This document shows, in pieces, positions 1 to 12,000 of a stretch of 64,000 nt of DNA. Position 1 is the first letter of the stretch. Each line of letters opens with the position of its first letter. Both the position numbers and the translations under genes were made by a program. The notes beneath the pieces were generated by a model. That model saw only the letters and a list, made by a program, of their open reading frames with translations. It ran no database searches and was not told the origin of the DNA. The stretch covers positions 62,001-126,000 of the forward strand of contig CBFFRP010000075.1 of NCBI GenBank assembly GCA_965644295.1. Direction: 5' to 3'. The stretch is from Paraphysomonas bandaiensis (Eukaryota; Protista; Chrysophyceae).

Positions 1-464
1 GCTACGCAATAATGGAAGGCTGAACTTTTGGTACGCATGCTTCTCTAAGATAGGACTGTAGAATACAATATAGACAGATTTCTGTATGTAATGGTTACAG
101 GGTATGTGACCTACTATGATAAAGTATAATATGATGGATTCTAGTTCTCCTAGTAGCAGACGTGATACATTGCTTAGTTTTAGTGTCGCACTTGTTTTAG
201 TTGTATTTTGTGGGTAGTTTTTAGTAAGTTATTCTTTACAACTGGACAGCAACAATGTCCAACCACAGCTACATATACATAGTATAGATTTAAAACACAA
301 GAGTAAGACAAGAAAGCCTATACTATTGTGGAATAAGTATAAAAGCTATGTGCCATACAAGGCAACTTTGCCCCGATACATATACAATTTCTGAATCTAG
401 CAATGCTTCGCACTATACTACACAGAAACTGATATACAATAATAAATCCAGTATGTACATGGCT

Positions 465-1490
465 CTAAGTCGTTACATGATTTCCGGTTTCTGCGTTTTG
501 GCTGCAGTCTGCCTTCACTTCTTTGATTGCAGAAGTCTTCTTTCTGTTTGACTTTGACGACGATAAGAAACCCTTCTTCATTCCACGGAACATGTCGTTC
601 GTGTCTTTAGAGGGCTCGGGCTTCTTCTTTAGTTGTGTTGAGTTGAGTAGCGGTGCTGACGAGAGAGGTGTGCACTCAAGTATATTTCCAGACGGAGAGG
701 CGACGAGCTTTATTGGGACAACTACTGGGGCATTTTTCTCCGCCACTCTAAGTCGCATATTTACACTTTTGCAGGAGGGCATTACCCCGTAATCAAAAAG
801 AGACATAGAAGGTGATATGGGTCGACCATCCTCCATTGTGAGTACAAGTTTCAGATCGGGAGGGCAGGAAAAACCAAACTGTCTCTCTAAAATGTCAAAG
901 GCGTAGCAGAGGGAATCACCAACTTCAAGAGAGAATTTAGCTGTTTGACCATTTGGTAAAGTTAAATTGACGTCTATCTCACTCCTAAGGTTAATAGTAC
1001 GGGACAAGTATATAATGGGAGGGGAATAATTACGGCTGGATTGTTTGCAACGTTGCAGAAAGTGGTCTCCTAGCAAGTAGCTATCGTGCATGACGCGGCC
1101 ATTCAATATCATGCGCTGTTCACCAGGTAACAAAGTTGTACTCTTCATTGTGTACAAACGCCTTTTCAATTCAGAAACCCGCATATTGATTGGAAATTTA
1201 GCTGTGGCACAACTGCGGCCTTCTTTAACGACTACCTCCACTGTCTTAGAAGCAGTACATCGTATTATGACGAATCTTTCAGGCCCAGATGATGGGGATA
1301 TCTCGTCAGTGTCCGGACATATTTTGCCCTTGTAAATTATAGATATATCGTCCTTTCCGATTATGGAACCTTCACAGAGTTCGCGCTTCAAATCAGACAC
1401 AGTTCTCACACTCGTCGACGGGACGCAAATGGTCTTATTACAGAGTGTTTTCACCTTTATATGAGTAGACTTCTTCCGTTCTATTGTCAT
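465..1490 (-). CDS. Multi ubiquitin-like (UBL) domain protein
   Basis: 341-aa ORF with 2-3 ubiquitin-fold-like repeats (TVSDLKREL...IIYKGKIC; RVSELKRRL...EQRMILNGRVMHD; DGRPISPSMSLFDYGV). Confidence 0.65.
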   Translation of the reverse strand: MTIERKKSTHIKVKTLCNKTICVPSTSVRTVSDLKRELCEGSIIGKDDISIIYKGKICPDTDEISPSSGPERFVIIRCTASKTVEVVVKEGRSCATAKFPINMRVSELKRRLYTMKSTTLLPGEQRMILNGRVMHDSYLLGDHFLQRCKQSSRNYSPPIIYLSRTINLRSEIDVNLTLPNGQTAKFSLEVGDSLCYAFDILERQFGFSCPPDLKLVLTMEDGRPISPSMSLFDYGVMPSCKSVNMRLRVAEKNAPVVVPIKLVASPSGNILECTPLSSAPLLNSTQLKKKPEPSKDTNDMFRGMKKGFLSSSKSNRKKTSAIKEVKADCSQNAETGNHVTT

Positions 1491-1996
1491 CTTTTCCTTT
1501 CCAATTGCAGCAAGTACTCTAAATGAATGAATAACGAGGTTGATATCTATATATATGTGCAGAGGTTTTATTATGAGTTTACTGTGTAAGTGTCTGTGCA
1601 GTGATGTGTGTGTGCGTCGAATCTCTATTGAAAAACGTGTTAGTTTCTTTTCTAGAAATGCAGAGGAAAAAAAACAACTGCCATGTCCATGTGAGTGTCT
1701 TGCTGAATTTTCCTGTTCGATTCCGCACTTCTCTGTTTCAGGGTGTGTGGACTACAACATAATACTGTTTGTATACTCTACTCTCGACTACAACGGTATA
1801 CTGCTGTACACACACATCAAGAAACGGCCCAGCATGATATTGTACGTATATAGCGTTTAGCATAGCAGCACAGAGCTTTACATAATCATCCAACCAGTGA
1901 TTGATTAATCTCATAGCACTGCTGTGTACATAGTTGACAGAGTGAAAGGCTTCGTATTTCTTACTGTTGATTTCAACAAGCTGTGCAGTTAGTATA

Positions 1997-3145
1997 ATGC
2001 AGAGTGATCCCGATGTGCCTACCGAAAATGTAGTCTCCTTTGCAGACGAAGAAGCCCCACACTCTAGTCGTGATTATGATCAAACTGGTCTTTCAAAGAA
2101 AAAATCTAAATTCCAAGTAGATATTAGAGATATTGTTGATTTTGTTTTTCCTTCGATATTGCAGCACCCGTTGGCTGCTGGACGATTATTCGCTTACGGA
2201 CTTTACGGCCCACTGGATGAAAGAAATACACTTAGAACTGGGCCGCAAGGACGTCACGAAATATCAGTGTGGGAATTGGATTCAATGTGCAAACAAATTG
2301 AAAGAGAAGATGTCATGAGCATATATTTGCACAAGCGTGGCAACATGGGCCTGCTCTCCACTGAAGAACAGGAATCCCTTATCGCGCAGGCAGATACTCA
2401 TCTGAAGAAAGCCAAAGGAAGAGCGATGCTTCCGCAAATAACGAAGGAGGATATATACGAATTATTTAAAGTAAATATGTGAAGTCGTGTCGTCTGATTG
2501 TGCATTTATATACGTGCTGCAGGATGTGCCACGTGATAAAGATGGATACTGTTCATTTCATGATATTCAAGGCATCATTGCCGAATATCGGGAGGCACGC
2601 ATTCAAAACTTTAAGCTGGTATACCCTCAGCTGACATCGAAAAAGTCCAATTCAGGTACAATGACACAAACTGGTGGATCTACTCAACTGCCCAACCTTA
2701 AGGGTAGCAAAGGTAGTTCCTTAGGTATGAGTAGACGGAAGAAGGGTAAAGTGTCAACAGCCGTCGCTCCTCCGACCATGTTTCAACGTAATGCTGGCCA
2801 GACGAACCCTGATATCATTAAACAGGTACTTGTTACGCCACTATGCTATACTCTTGCCCAGTTTTATTGTTTGTGGCATCCATTCAGACGAATAGTTATC
2901 TGAGCAAACATGCCTACAAAATATGCGACATCGATGCAAGTGATGAGAGCTCGATGACGTGTAATGTGCGCCTTTTGCGTGAAGTGGAGCCCCGCTGCCC
3001 CGATCCATACACTGATCAAGTAACAGGACAATCAATTAGAGAGAAATGGAGTGATACCTGCAATCTTAAAGGTACTCATATGGGTAGTATGGTAAAAACA
3101 ATTCCTTCCAGTACAACCTGGAAGCGGAACACAACATTGGCCTAA
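1997..3145 (+). CDS. Hypothetical protein, 3 exons, possible degenerate EF-hand
   Basis: Three ORF pieces join in frame through GT-AG introns 2471-2522 and 2826-2887; ITKEDIYELFK-DVPRDKDGYCSFHDIQ resembles an EF-hand loop. Confidence 0.55.
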
Positions 3146-3669
3146 ACCAAACGATATTGTAATAGTGTTTTGCTTTATGTGGAGTAGATATTATTTCCTT
3201 GTGTGGTGCTGTAGAGCTGTAATATAATTATGTTTGGACTAAGTGTAAGTTGGCATAATTTTTTTGCGCGGAAAATATATTCCTAGTTGTCAGCAGTACT
3301 GTTTTAACAACTCCGTATATTATATATTATATTTTGAACTGTGTTTTGCTAAGCATCAAAGAATATCCTATATTTCATAGTTCATAGAATACAGTATATG
3401 TACTCGGCGTTGTGTGTCGAGATATATAGGAAGGTACGGGGGAAAATGATATACATTTATATTAACTCCACTAAATTTACAAAACCAATAATATCTAATC
3501 CAGTCGGCTACTGATATACTGATGTCTTATGTTAACTGCTGTCGCTTTCATAAACTATAAATGACAGTTACTGTAAAAACCTTATACAATCTATCTCATT
3601 TTGGACTTATACACAATGAATTCACTGGTCCGCGAGTAAAGTAGTTCTCAAGTGACCACTACAACAGCA

Positions 3670-4844
3670 CTAAATCTCCATTTGATCAATGATTCCAGCA
3701 ATCTCGCTATCACTTAACAGCCATCCATTCTCTGAATCTAACACCTGGTTGGCCACTTCGATATCTTGATTCATATGTAGCTCACTCTTCGTCCCGCTCA
3801 AAGGGTGTATATTCAACTGCATTAAAAATCGAAAAAATACTTGGGCTGGTGTTTTAGAATGTTTAGTCGCCACTCGGTGAACAGCGTCACTGCAAGAAAT
3901 ATCTCAAAGTCAATCACATGCTACATATGAAATTCTGTAGGCAAACATATTTATCCATGTGTAAACGCCGAAGTATGATTGCATTTATCATACCTGTGAA
4001 GTATATTTTTATTTGCAGTGAGGCTCCAGAATGACTGGTACACGATCCCATGATTGTTACAAAAGTCCCTTATTTCTCTGTCGTAATGTGTCTTGGAGTA
4101 AAATCGATTCTGTATATATGATGGCTTCACCCTAGCCGAGTTGTACAATCTTTCTAGGGTGGGTAGGTCGTATATATTACTGATGCCAAGAGCTTTAACT
4201 CGTTGCTCATCATGGAGTGATTCAAATACCGACCAGACTTCCATAGTTTCCTCAAACCTAGTAAAAACCCTACTTAGTACAGCAATTGCATGTAATATTT
4301 AGTCAAGCAGTATCAATGTACTCAGTAACACATTTCATATGGCCAATTCTATGCTTTCGACGACATCATACCTTGGCATAGGAGAATGCAGCAATAAGCT
4401 GTCAATATAGTGCGTGTTCAAATTATACAAACTGCGAGAAAATGACTGGCGCACTTGACTAGCGAGAGGTGCATCGATATCATAGGGAATATTAGTGGGG
4501 TCCTGACCGTGCACAGAGGTAAATTTAGTTTGTATAAATATATCCTCTCTGGTCACTATTCCTGAACTATACAGATTATGAAGAGCCACCCCAACCCCTG
4601 CCTCATTATAATGCTTCGGTTGGCATGCTGTGTCAATAGCACGAAAACCATTTTGAACCGCCTGATAGACTAACTCAGCTGTGAGGTCTTTCTTCCATGC
4701 AGTGCCGTATATGATCCAGGGAACACTCATCTTGTGTGTCGTTCCGAGTCTTAAATTAGAATATGAGCAACTAGCAACCCATAGATGGAGGTGGAGTATC
4801 AGCCACAGGAAGTGTGCTGTTTGTTTGGGAGATGTTGAGCTCAT
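3670..4844 (-). CDS. Aldo-keto reductase family protein (3 exons)
   Basis: IIYGTAWK, GFRAIDTA, REDIFIQTKF, IDSLLLHSP, LGISN and TPAQV AKR motifs spread over three ORFs separated by short introns; hydrophobic N-terminal extension. Confidence 0.85.
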
Positions 4845-5270
4845 AGTGAGGAGGAAGTGATGGGGCTCATAGATACTAGCCTACGTATACACTTACAGGA
4901 GTACGTGTGCAGAACAGAACCTTGAAAATATACAGCCGTATATAGCAGTATGTGCATATATAGCAGTGGAGATTGACTTCGTACAGAGTGCAACTCCCGA
5001 TATACTACAGCACACGTATATTATGTCCCCTTTGCTTTGTACCTCAAACAGCAGCCAGTATGGATGCAAGGCAAGATATTTCTCACACCAGTTGAAAGCG
5101 TAAGTCATCTAATTTCACGCTCAGTATCGAGAGATGTATACACTATACAGTAAGATGTATACAAGCGTAACACTAAGCGATTTATTGAATTATTAGAATG
5201 AAATTCACATGGCACTCTCTCGGGTCAACTATATGGAATAAAGTCTGCTATCATTCTGAATGAACTTATA

Positions 5271-5609
5271 ATGGAGATCTCAAAGCAGAACCTAACGAAC
5301 GAAAGCTCTCTTTCTGACTCGTTTCTTGTGATAGGCTCAGATGGAAGTACAATGGGAGAAGATGGATTGAAAGAGCAGAGCTACGAAGTATGTGACAACT
5401 CATTGGGTAATGGATATGAAGAAGATGAGTCTTCTAACCCCAAACAATTTTCTTTTGATATGAGGATTGAAATATCGGAAGATTATATCAACACATTGGT
5501 TAACAATACAGAATATGATGATGTTGATTCCCACGTGGCCATTTTGGCAGATAAGAGCCGCTGTAATAATAAATGGGAGACGCTGTGTTGCCGACAAAGA
5601 TTCCACTAA
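5271..5609 (+). CDS. Small acidic hypothetical protein
   Basis: 112-aa ATG ORF divergent from the AKR gene; no recognisable domain. Confidence 0.35.
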   Translation: MEISKQNLTNESSLSDSFLVIGSDGSTMGEDGLKEQSYEVCDNSLGNGYEEDESSNPKQFSFDMRIEISEDYINTLVNNTEYDDVDSHVAILADKSRCNNKWETLCCRQRFH

Positions 5610-5787
5610 CGTTTACTAGAATAATGTTGACAGATTATCGTTGATCTTTGATATGTCGTAATATTTCTTGAAAAAGTTATAGTAAGGTGTTGTTTTAATA
5701 TAAGACATGTTATTCAGTTTACCGAATACAAGGATATCACACTATTAATTATAGGCAATAAGAACTCATTACGTATTAGTTTATGCT

Positions 5788-6290
5788 CCTCTAGGTACTT
5801 CGGTGTGCCATATAAGCCACCTACCTACAGGTACTTCGTGCATACCTATTAGGTACCTAGCTATAGGTTTTCCTAGCCATAGATGCCTATTCTTCACCTC
5901 ATTTAGATACCATAAAATTATACCTATAGGTATTCATCTACCTGTAGGTGCTAGCGCACATTACCTAAAGGGACCATAACATCATACCTATAGGTGCCTC
6001 AGCGGTAGGTATTAGAAAGTTAGTTAGTACCTATGGGTACGTATTAGGAACTTGTTTAGTACCTGTACGTCAAAATATTAATGCCTAATATAGGTTCCTC
6101 ATGCAATTATTTGGAACCAAGAAAAAGGGCACACCAATAGCTTGTCTTGCTACCTAGAGGTGGTACTATTTGAAACTCCTACAGCCAGGTGATCGGTGCA
6201 ACGTAGAGAGCTATAGTGTACTTATAAGTACCAGGAGGGTTAAATATAGATCTCCTATAGGTAGCTACCTGTCTAGTGGCACTTTTTTGA
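5788..6290. repeat. Tract of degenerate TACCTATAGGTA-like palindromes (probable non-autonomous TE)
   Basis: Many copies of acct/aggt-centred palindromes (tacctataggta, tacctgtaggtg, tacctacaggta, tacctagaggtg) within about 500 bp. Confidence 0.45.
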
Positions 6291-6582
6291 GATTCACCGA
6301 TATCGTGATCCCAAACCCCAAACTACTTTCCTTTATCATTTTTGAAATCTATTCATGCATGAGACAGTATAACGTTGTGATTATCAATGTTGTATTGATA
6401 TATCAGCACGATATATGAGGAGGGATTAAAATATTTTCCCTGCTCTATAGATACGCTATACGCTAGATATTACAAATAGTCATACATTTGCCAAGAGGAA
6501 TATAGAGGGTACCAATGTATGTGTAAATAAATTATATATTATATACATGTATTACACTTTATTCCATATATACATCGAATAC

Positions 6583-7434
6583 CTACTGCTGCTTCTTTGA
6601 ATATTTAGATTTCAGTGAATATATTTTATCTAGTATGCTTCTATCAATATCGACCTTCACATTCGAGTCTTGAATTCGTACTCCGTTGACAGGAACACCA
6701 TCCTCAGCAATAGTCTGTTTAACACGAAGAGGGTATTCAACGCCTCCAATATTAATCAAAATCGTGGAACCCGTGGTAAGAGAAGAGTATTTATTGATTT
6801 CATTCTCTAATATGTTGTTGATATTGTCCTTAGCAGATGACAAAAAGGTATCCCAGTCTGTAGAAAGTGGCTGTAAAACTACACTGGAGACCATTTTCAG
6901 CTTCACAAAACGAATGTCAACAAGATCGTATTTCTGTATCCTTAACGTTGACATCAACCACTTCGGTAAATATATGTAGTTCTCTGGAGAACGAAAATCC
7001 AAGGGACCTATATATGCCTTATTGACCCAATGGGGCGAAAGTATACTTCTTTTCGGAGGGGTAGGCATCGCATCGTCCCCAGAATAACTACTATTTCCTA
7101 CTTTGGACACTTCAAATATCCAAGGCATATCATATTTATCAAACAATTCGGATCCAAGTGATTTCGGTAAGCTGCACTTATCGCCGTACTGCTCTTTTCC
7201 TGTCATCGAATTGTACTTCGACGGAACAAACGCTGACGTCAACGGAAGAACAATAAGACGGCGATGGGGTGTCTTATGACACCTCAACACAGTGTTGATG
7301 TCATCTACTCGTTGTTCCTGCAGTGTTTGCCTCCACGCTCCCACATATGAATTTACAAATCTAGATCCCAAACTCCCCTTCACGCCCCATATTATACAAC
7401 ACAGAATAAATGACCGAAGTAGTATTCGGAACAT
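6583..7434 (-). CDS. Ufd1-family protein with signal peptide (SELMA sUfd1-like)
   Basis: GDKCSLPKS, LDFRSPENYIYLPKWLM, VVLQP and LENEINKYSSLTTG are UFD1 N-domain motifs; N-terminal hydrophobic signal MFRILLRSFILCCIIWGVKG; no long C-terminal tail. Confidence 0.75.
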   Translation of the reverse strand: MFRILLRSFILCCIIWGVKGSLGSRFVNSYVGAWRQTLQEQRVDDINTVLRCHKTPHRRLIVLPLTSAFVPSKYNSMTGKEQYGDKCSLPKSLGSELFDKYDMPWIFEVSKVGNSSYSGDDAMPTPPKRSILSPHWVNKAYIGPLDFRSPENYIYLPKWLMSTLRIQKYDLVDIRFVKLKMVSSVVLQPLSTDWDTFLSSAKDNINNILENEINKYSSLTTGSTILINIGGVEYPLRVKQTIAEDGVPVNGVRIQDSNVKVDIDRSILDKIYSLKSKYSKKQQ

Positions 7435-7825
7435 CTAGTTTTGACTCTGTACAGTCGACTTAACTGTAGCACAGTGTACCTTTCAATACTTGTGAAGAGT
7501 AACAATGAATGGCAATCATATTGCATAGATTTGAAAAACCCACAAATATCAGGAAATCAGCAGTTTAGTGGTACTTAAAGAGAATTTCAAAGAAAATAGG
7601 CCTCATAAAACCAGAGAAAATGCATAAAATATACAGTATATTATCGACAGTGTGTTCCATTCATGACAGCATGATACTCGTAGTATATGTCAGTCTACAC
7701 CTAATATATCAACAAAGACGGGACGGGGCGTATTCAATACTATTATATTGTTCACTATAATCCACCTGTACTTTCTGACGGTGAAGTTGACTTGTATAGC
7801 AACGTTGTGATATTTTCTTGAGGAT

Positions 7826-8537
7826 ATGTCAGCAGAAACTACAGGAGGCTCTCAGTCTCTCACTCAATCTCAGTCTCAGTCCTCTAGTGCATCACAAGAA
7901 TCAGGAAATTCCTCCAGAATGGGAATAGAAGTTGTTGTACAGAACATTGTGGCGACTATTAGTTTAGGTGTTACTGTAGATCTGGAAAAGGTTGCAAAGA
8001 CCGTCAACAATGCAGAATACAGGTTATTAATGTTTTATGACTATTGTCGTGTGTATATTCATATCGCTTTGTAGCCCAAGACGGTTTGCTGCTGTAATTA
8101 TGCGCCTTCGGGAGCCGCGGGTAACAGCGCTGGTATTTAAGACAGGGAAAATGATTGTAACCGGGGCTAAAAATGTGAAGGATAGCGAGACTGCTGGTCA
8201 GAAGTTTGTAAGAATAATCCAACGGTGTGGGTTCACTACGGCTAGCTTTAATGACTACAAAATCCAGAATATATCAGCAACTGTATCTATGGGATTTCCG
8301 ATTCGATTGGAAGGTTTATTATACGCACACGCAAACTGCTGCACATACGAACCGGAGTTGTTTCCTGGTCTTGTTTATAGAATGACCAACCCCAAAGTTG
8401 TACTTTTAATATTTGTTTCCGGAAAGGTGGTACTAACAGGAGCAAAAGATAAGGATTCTCTTCTTCAGGCTGTCACTAAAATTCATCCTCAGCTGCTTAC
8501 ATTCCGGAAACATAGTATCATTATGACTATGACGTAA
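7826..8537 (+). CDS. TBP: TATA-box binding protein (intron 8023-8074)
   Basis: [43 protein letters not shown] and YEPELFPGLVYRM...LLIFVSGKVVLTGAK; all four DNA-intercalating Phe are present. Confidence 0.95.
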
Positions 8538-9094
8538 AGAGCTGTGTGTATGGTGAATATGTTCCTCAGATGTTGTAGGCATGTTGATCGATAGATAGCT
8601 GGATGCAAGCGCAAAAATGTAATGAACATAATATTATAAAATTGTGTAATAATTGAAAGTGTGATATTTTGAGACATGATTGAAGACGTCCTTGTTGTCA
8701 AAAAACGTGCGAACTATTAGTAACTGTATGAAAGGTATTGCAAACTGTGTCTTCAAAGCGACACATATTTAGAAGATGTCAAGTATATATTGGATAATAT
8801 AGTCGTGTCAGGTATTACAATTTATCCAGCTTCCAGTGTCCTAATTTTCATATATCAACTAGTGACTAATGTCTACACATCTATGTCACTTAGCGGAGCG
8901 CAAACAGTAATAAAAATATAGTAAATGTATAAAAAAAAGTAAATTGTTCCGTAAATAATAAGTACTAACTAATAGCTATCAGGCTAATAGCTATACTAAT
9001 GCCAATATGCCAATGTATATTGTATATTGGTAACAAGACATTGCTTTTCACCAGGGATAGGGAACAATATATTGCAATATATTGTAAAATATAT

Positions 9095-12000
9095 TATTGA
9101 ACTACAACCAACTCCTACGTGCGTACTTGAAGTTTGGTAAAGCCAATCGCTAGTAGTTATCCTGTATTCTATGTAGCAATGAAATACAGAATATACATGA
9201 CTACAGTATAGGAGTAGCTATTACAAGTATACAAAGAAACTGAAAATATAGTAGCTGTTAAAGATATGATTTGTAGAACAGAATGTTGATGTTGGTGAAT
9301 GACGTGGTTCCTAACTCATAGGGCTACAACATCATAAACTTACTATATCTCCTATAATATCAATCAGTCAATATTGCACTAACTAAAAGCGTAAATTAAT
9401 ATGGCAGCGGATGGAAATTTCACGAATGTCGCCTCAGGCTCAAAGGTACCTCCCTTCGAGGAACTGAACTTCAAGAAATTCAAGAAGTTCTTCACCTCAT
9501 TCCTCATGAGACACAATCGAGCTCATCTTGTCCTCTCAAAGGATAAACCAAGGCACATTCATGATCTAGACTCTACAGTCCCAGCGGGAGCTCATATGAC
9601 TGATGCACAGAAGAAGCGACTAGGCAAAGCGAAGAAACTCTGGAACACCCGGAACGAGACCGCGTACTCCTTCCTGATGGAAGTGTGCAATGCTCACCCA
9701 AAAGCAGGCACAACAGCGGCTCTCTACGAAGGAAGTACAGCAAAAGGGTTACTACAGGCACTGGAAGAGAGATTTCTCAATGTTGAAAAGAATACAGTAC
9801 AGGCAGAGGTCACAAAGTTCAATTCAATGAAGATTACCTCAAGTCAGTCAGGAGCAGAGTTCGTCGACAGCGTTGAAGCCCAGGCCAAGATTCTCGAGAA
9901 TCTAGGTCGTGAAGTCACGGAAGACGACAAGCTCACTCGACTAAAGGAAGGTCTCACAGACAAGAGATATTCCCAACTAGCACACAGCCTGTATACAGCA
10001 AGCGATGTGACATACGCAAGAGCAAGCAGCCTAATCAAAGGGTATGAAAACACATCATTCGGCAAGCATGCGTTGCAAAATTCAGGGGAAGACAGTGTAA
10101 ATCAAGCAGTGGATGACAGTAAATGGAAAGAGCACAAGAGAAAGGGCAGATGCAATAAGTGCAAGAAACTTGGCCACTTTGCTAGGGAGTGCAAGACTCC
10201 AGAACATGTCATAAAGAGGATGAAGGGGACAAGATCACAGAGAAAAGATAGAGATCACAGAAACAGGGGTGATAACAAAACAAAGCTACCTGTGTGTGAG
10301 ATATGTGACATCCCAGGCCATCAGACTAAAGACTGCTTCCACTTGAAGACTGCTAAAGCTGCAGTGGTCAGTTCTAAACGGGGGCGAGACTCTAGAAGGG
10401 AAACGGCACCCTACAAGAACAAGAAAAAACCGCGAGTGTCTGTACATGATTCAGAAGATGAAGCGGGATACGAATCGATGATATGTGTGGAAGAAGAGGT
10501 GAATCTAGCACAGAGCATGTCAGATGTTATTTATTTAGACAGCGGGTGCAACAAGATGATCCTTACCTCCAAAAACCACATGACCAACCTTCAGCGCGCT
10601 GATAGGCAGATGTCCACAGCGAACAAAGGTAAACTGTCAATACACAGTGTTGGCGATGTAGGAAGCTTTAAGAAGGTGTACTACGCACCTGAAGCAAGTA
10701 AGAACCTCGTAGATATGAAGAGTATCACAGATAGGGGCTGTGTTGTGACGTTCGATAATGATGAAGTCGTCATTCGAAATAAGACTACGAACAAGACACT
10801 CATTAGACAGAGAAGTGTTAATGGATTATATCCAGTTCGACTCGAAGACTTACTTCAGCTTGGAGAAGAATCCTCAGCAGCACTTGAGGAGCAGGGGTTT
10901 GATGACCAGCGAATTCTATGGCACAAAAGACTTGGCCATGTCAACTATGATAAACTGACTGAGTCCGACCGCCGAGGCCTAGTTGATGGAATAAATCTGG
11001 ACAAGAAATATTTCAGAAAAAAACACAAAAAAACGATATGCAAATGTAATACCTGCATGCGATCGAAACTCACTAGAAAGAACTTCAGGACTCCACGCCA
11101 GTTGATGAACTTAGACAACAACCCAAAGGAGAGAGGGGTGCTCAGTGCAGATACGATGGAAGTCCTAAACACGCCATCGATGGAAGGCTACAAACATGTG
11201 TTACTATTCAAGCACAGTGATGCAAAACATGTATGGGCTTATGGGTTGAAAAACAAGACTGGGAGTGAAGTGTTAAAGTGTATGAAGGACATGGTAGAGA
11301 CCCAACTTGTCAAAGAAGGATTGCAACTACGACGATATCATGCAGATGGCGCAGGAGAATTAGTAGGGCAACATGTCAGGCAGTACTTACGTGAAACCAC
11401 CAGCACAAGGACTGTACAGGTTACTTGGACTCCACGTGATACACCCGAAATGAATTCGCTATCGGAACGCACTAATCGTACAGTGAAGGAGATGGCTCTT
11501 GCTATATTGCTCGATAGTGGCATGCCATCAGTATTCTGGTTCAAAGCTGTCTTGCATGCTGTATATCTGATCAACAGGTTACCTACGAAGACAACGAAAG
11601 GATACATCTCACCTTTTGAGTATATTACTGGAACTGCACCAGATGTGAGTGACTTGAAGATCTGGGGCTGCAAGGCATGGGCTATCGTGCCGAAGGAGCT
11701 GCGCCGCAAAGAGTGGAAAGAAAAGGGAAAGCCTGGATACTATATGGGTCAATGTCAACAACCTGTTGGACACCAAATATATATTCCAGACCTGAATGCT
11801 ATTATTGTTGCAGTCAATGCACAGTTTGATGAGTCTATTCCAGAGCGTTCACAGGAGTATTTCGACGAAATAGATAATCTACAAATTGACACCTCAGAAA
11901 CAGCAGAGAGTGTAAATGATTATCAGTACCTGGTGGGCCTTAGACATCTTGATGGACACCTGCGTTATGTTACCACCAGAGTGATAGAGAGAAGAGGAGT

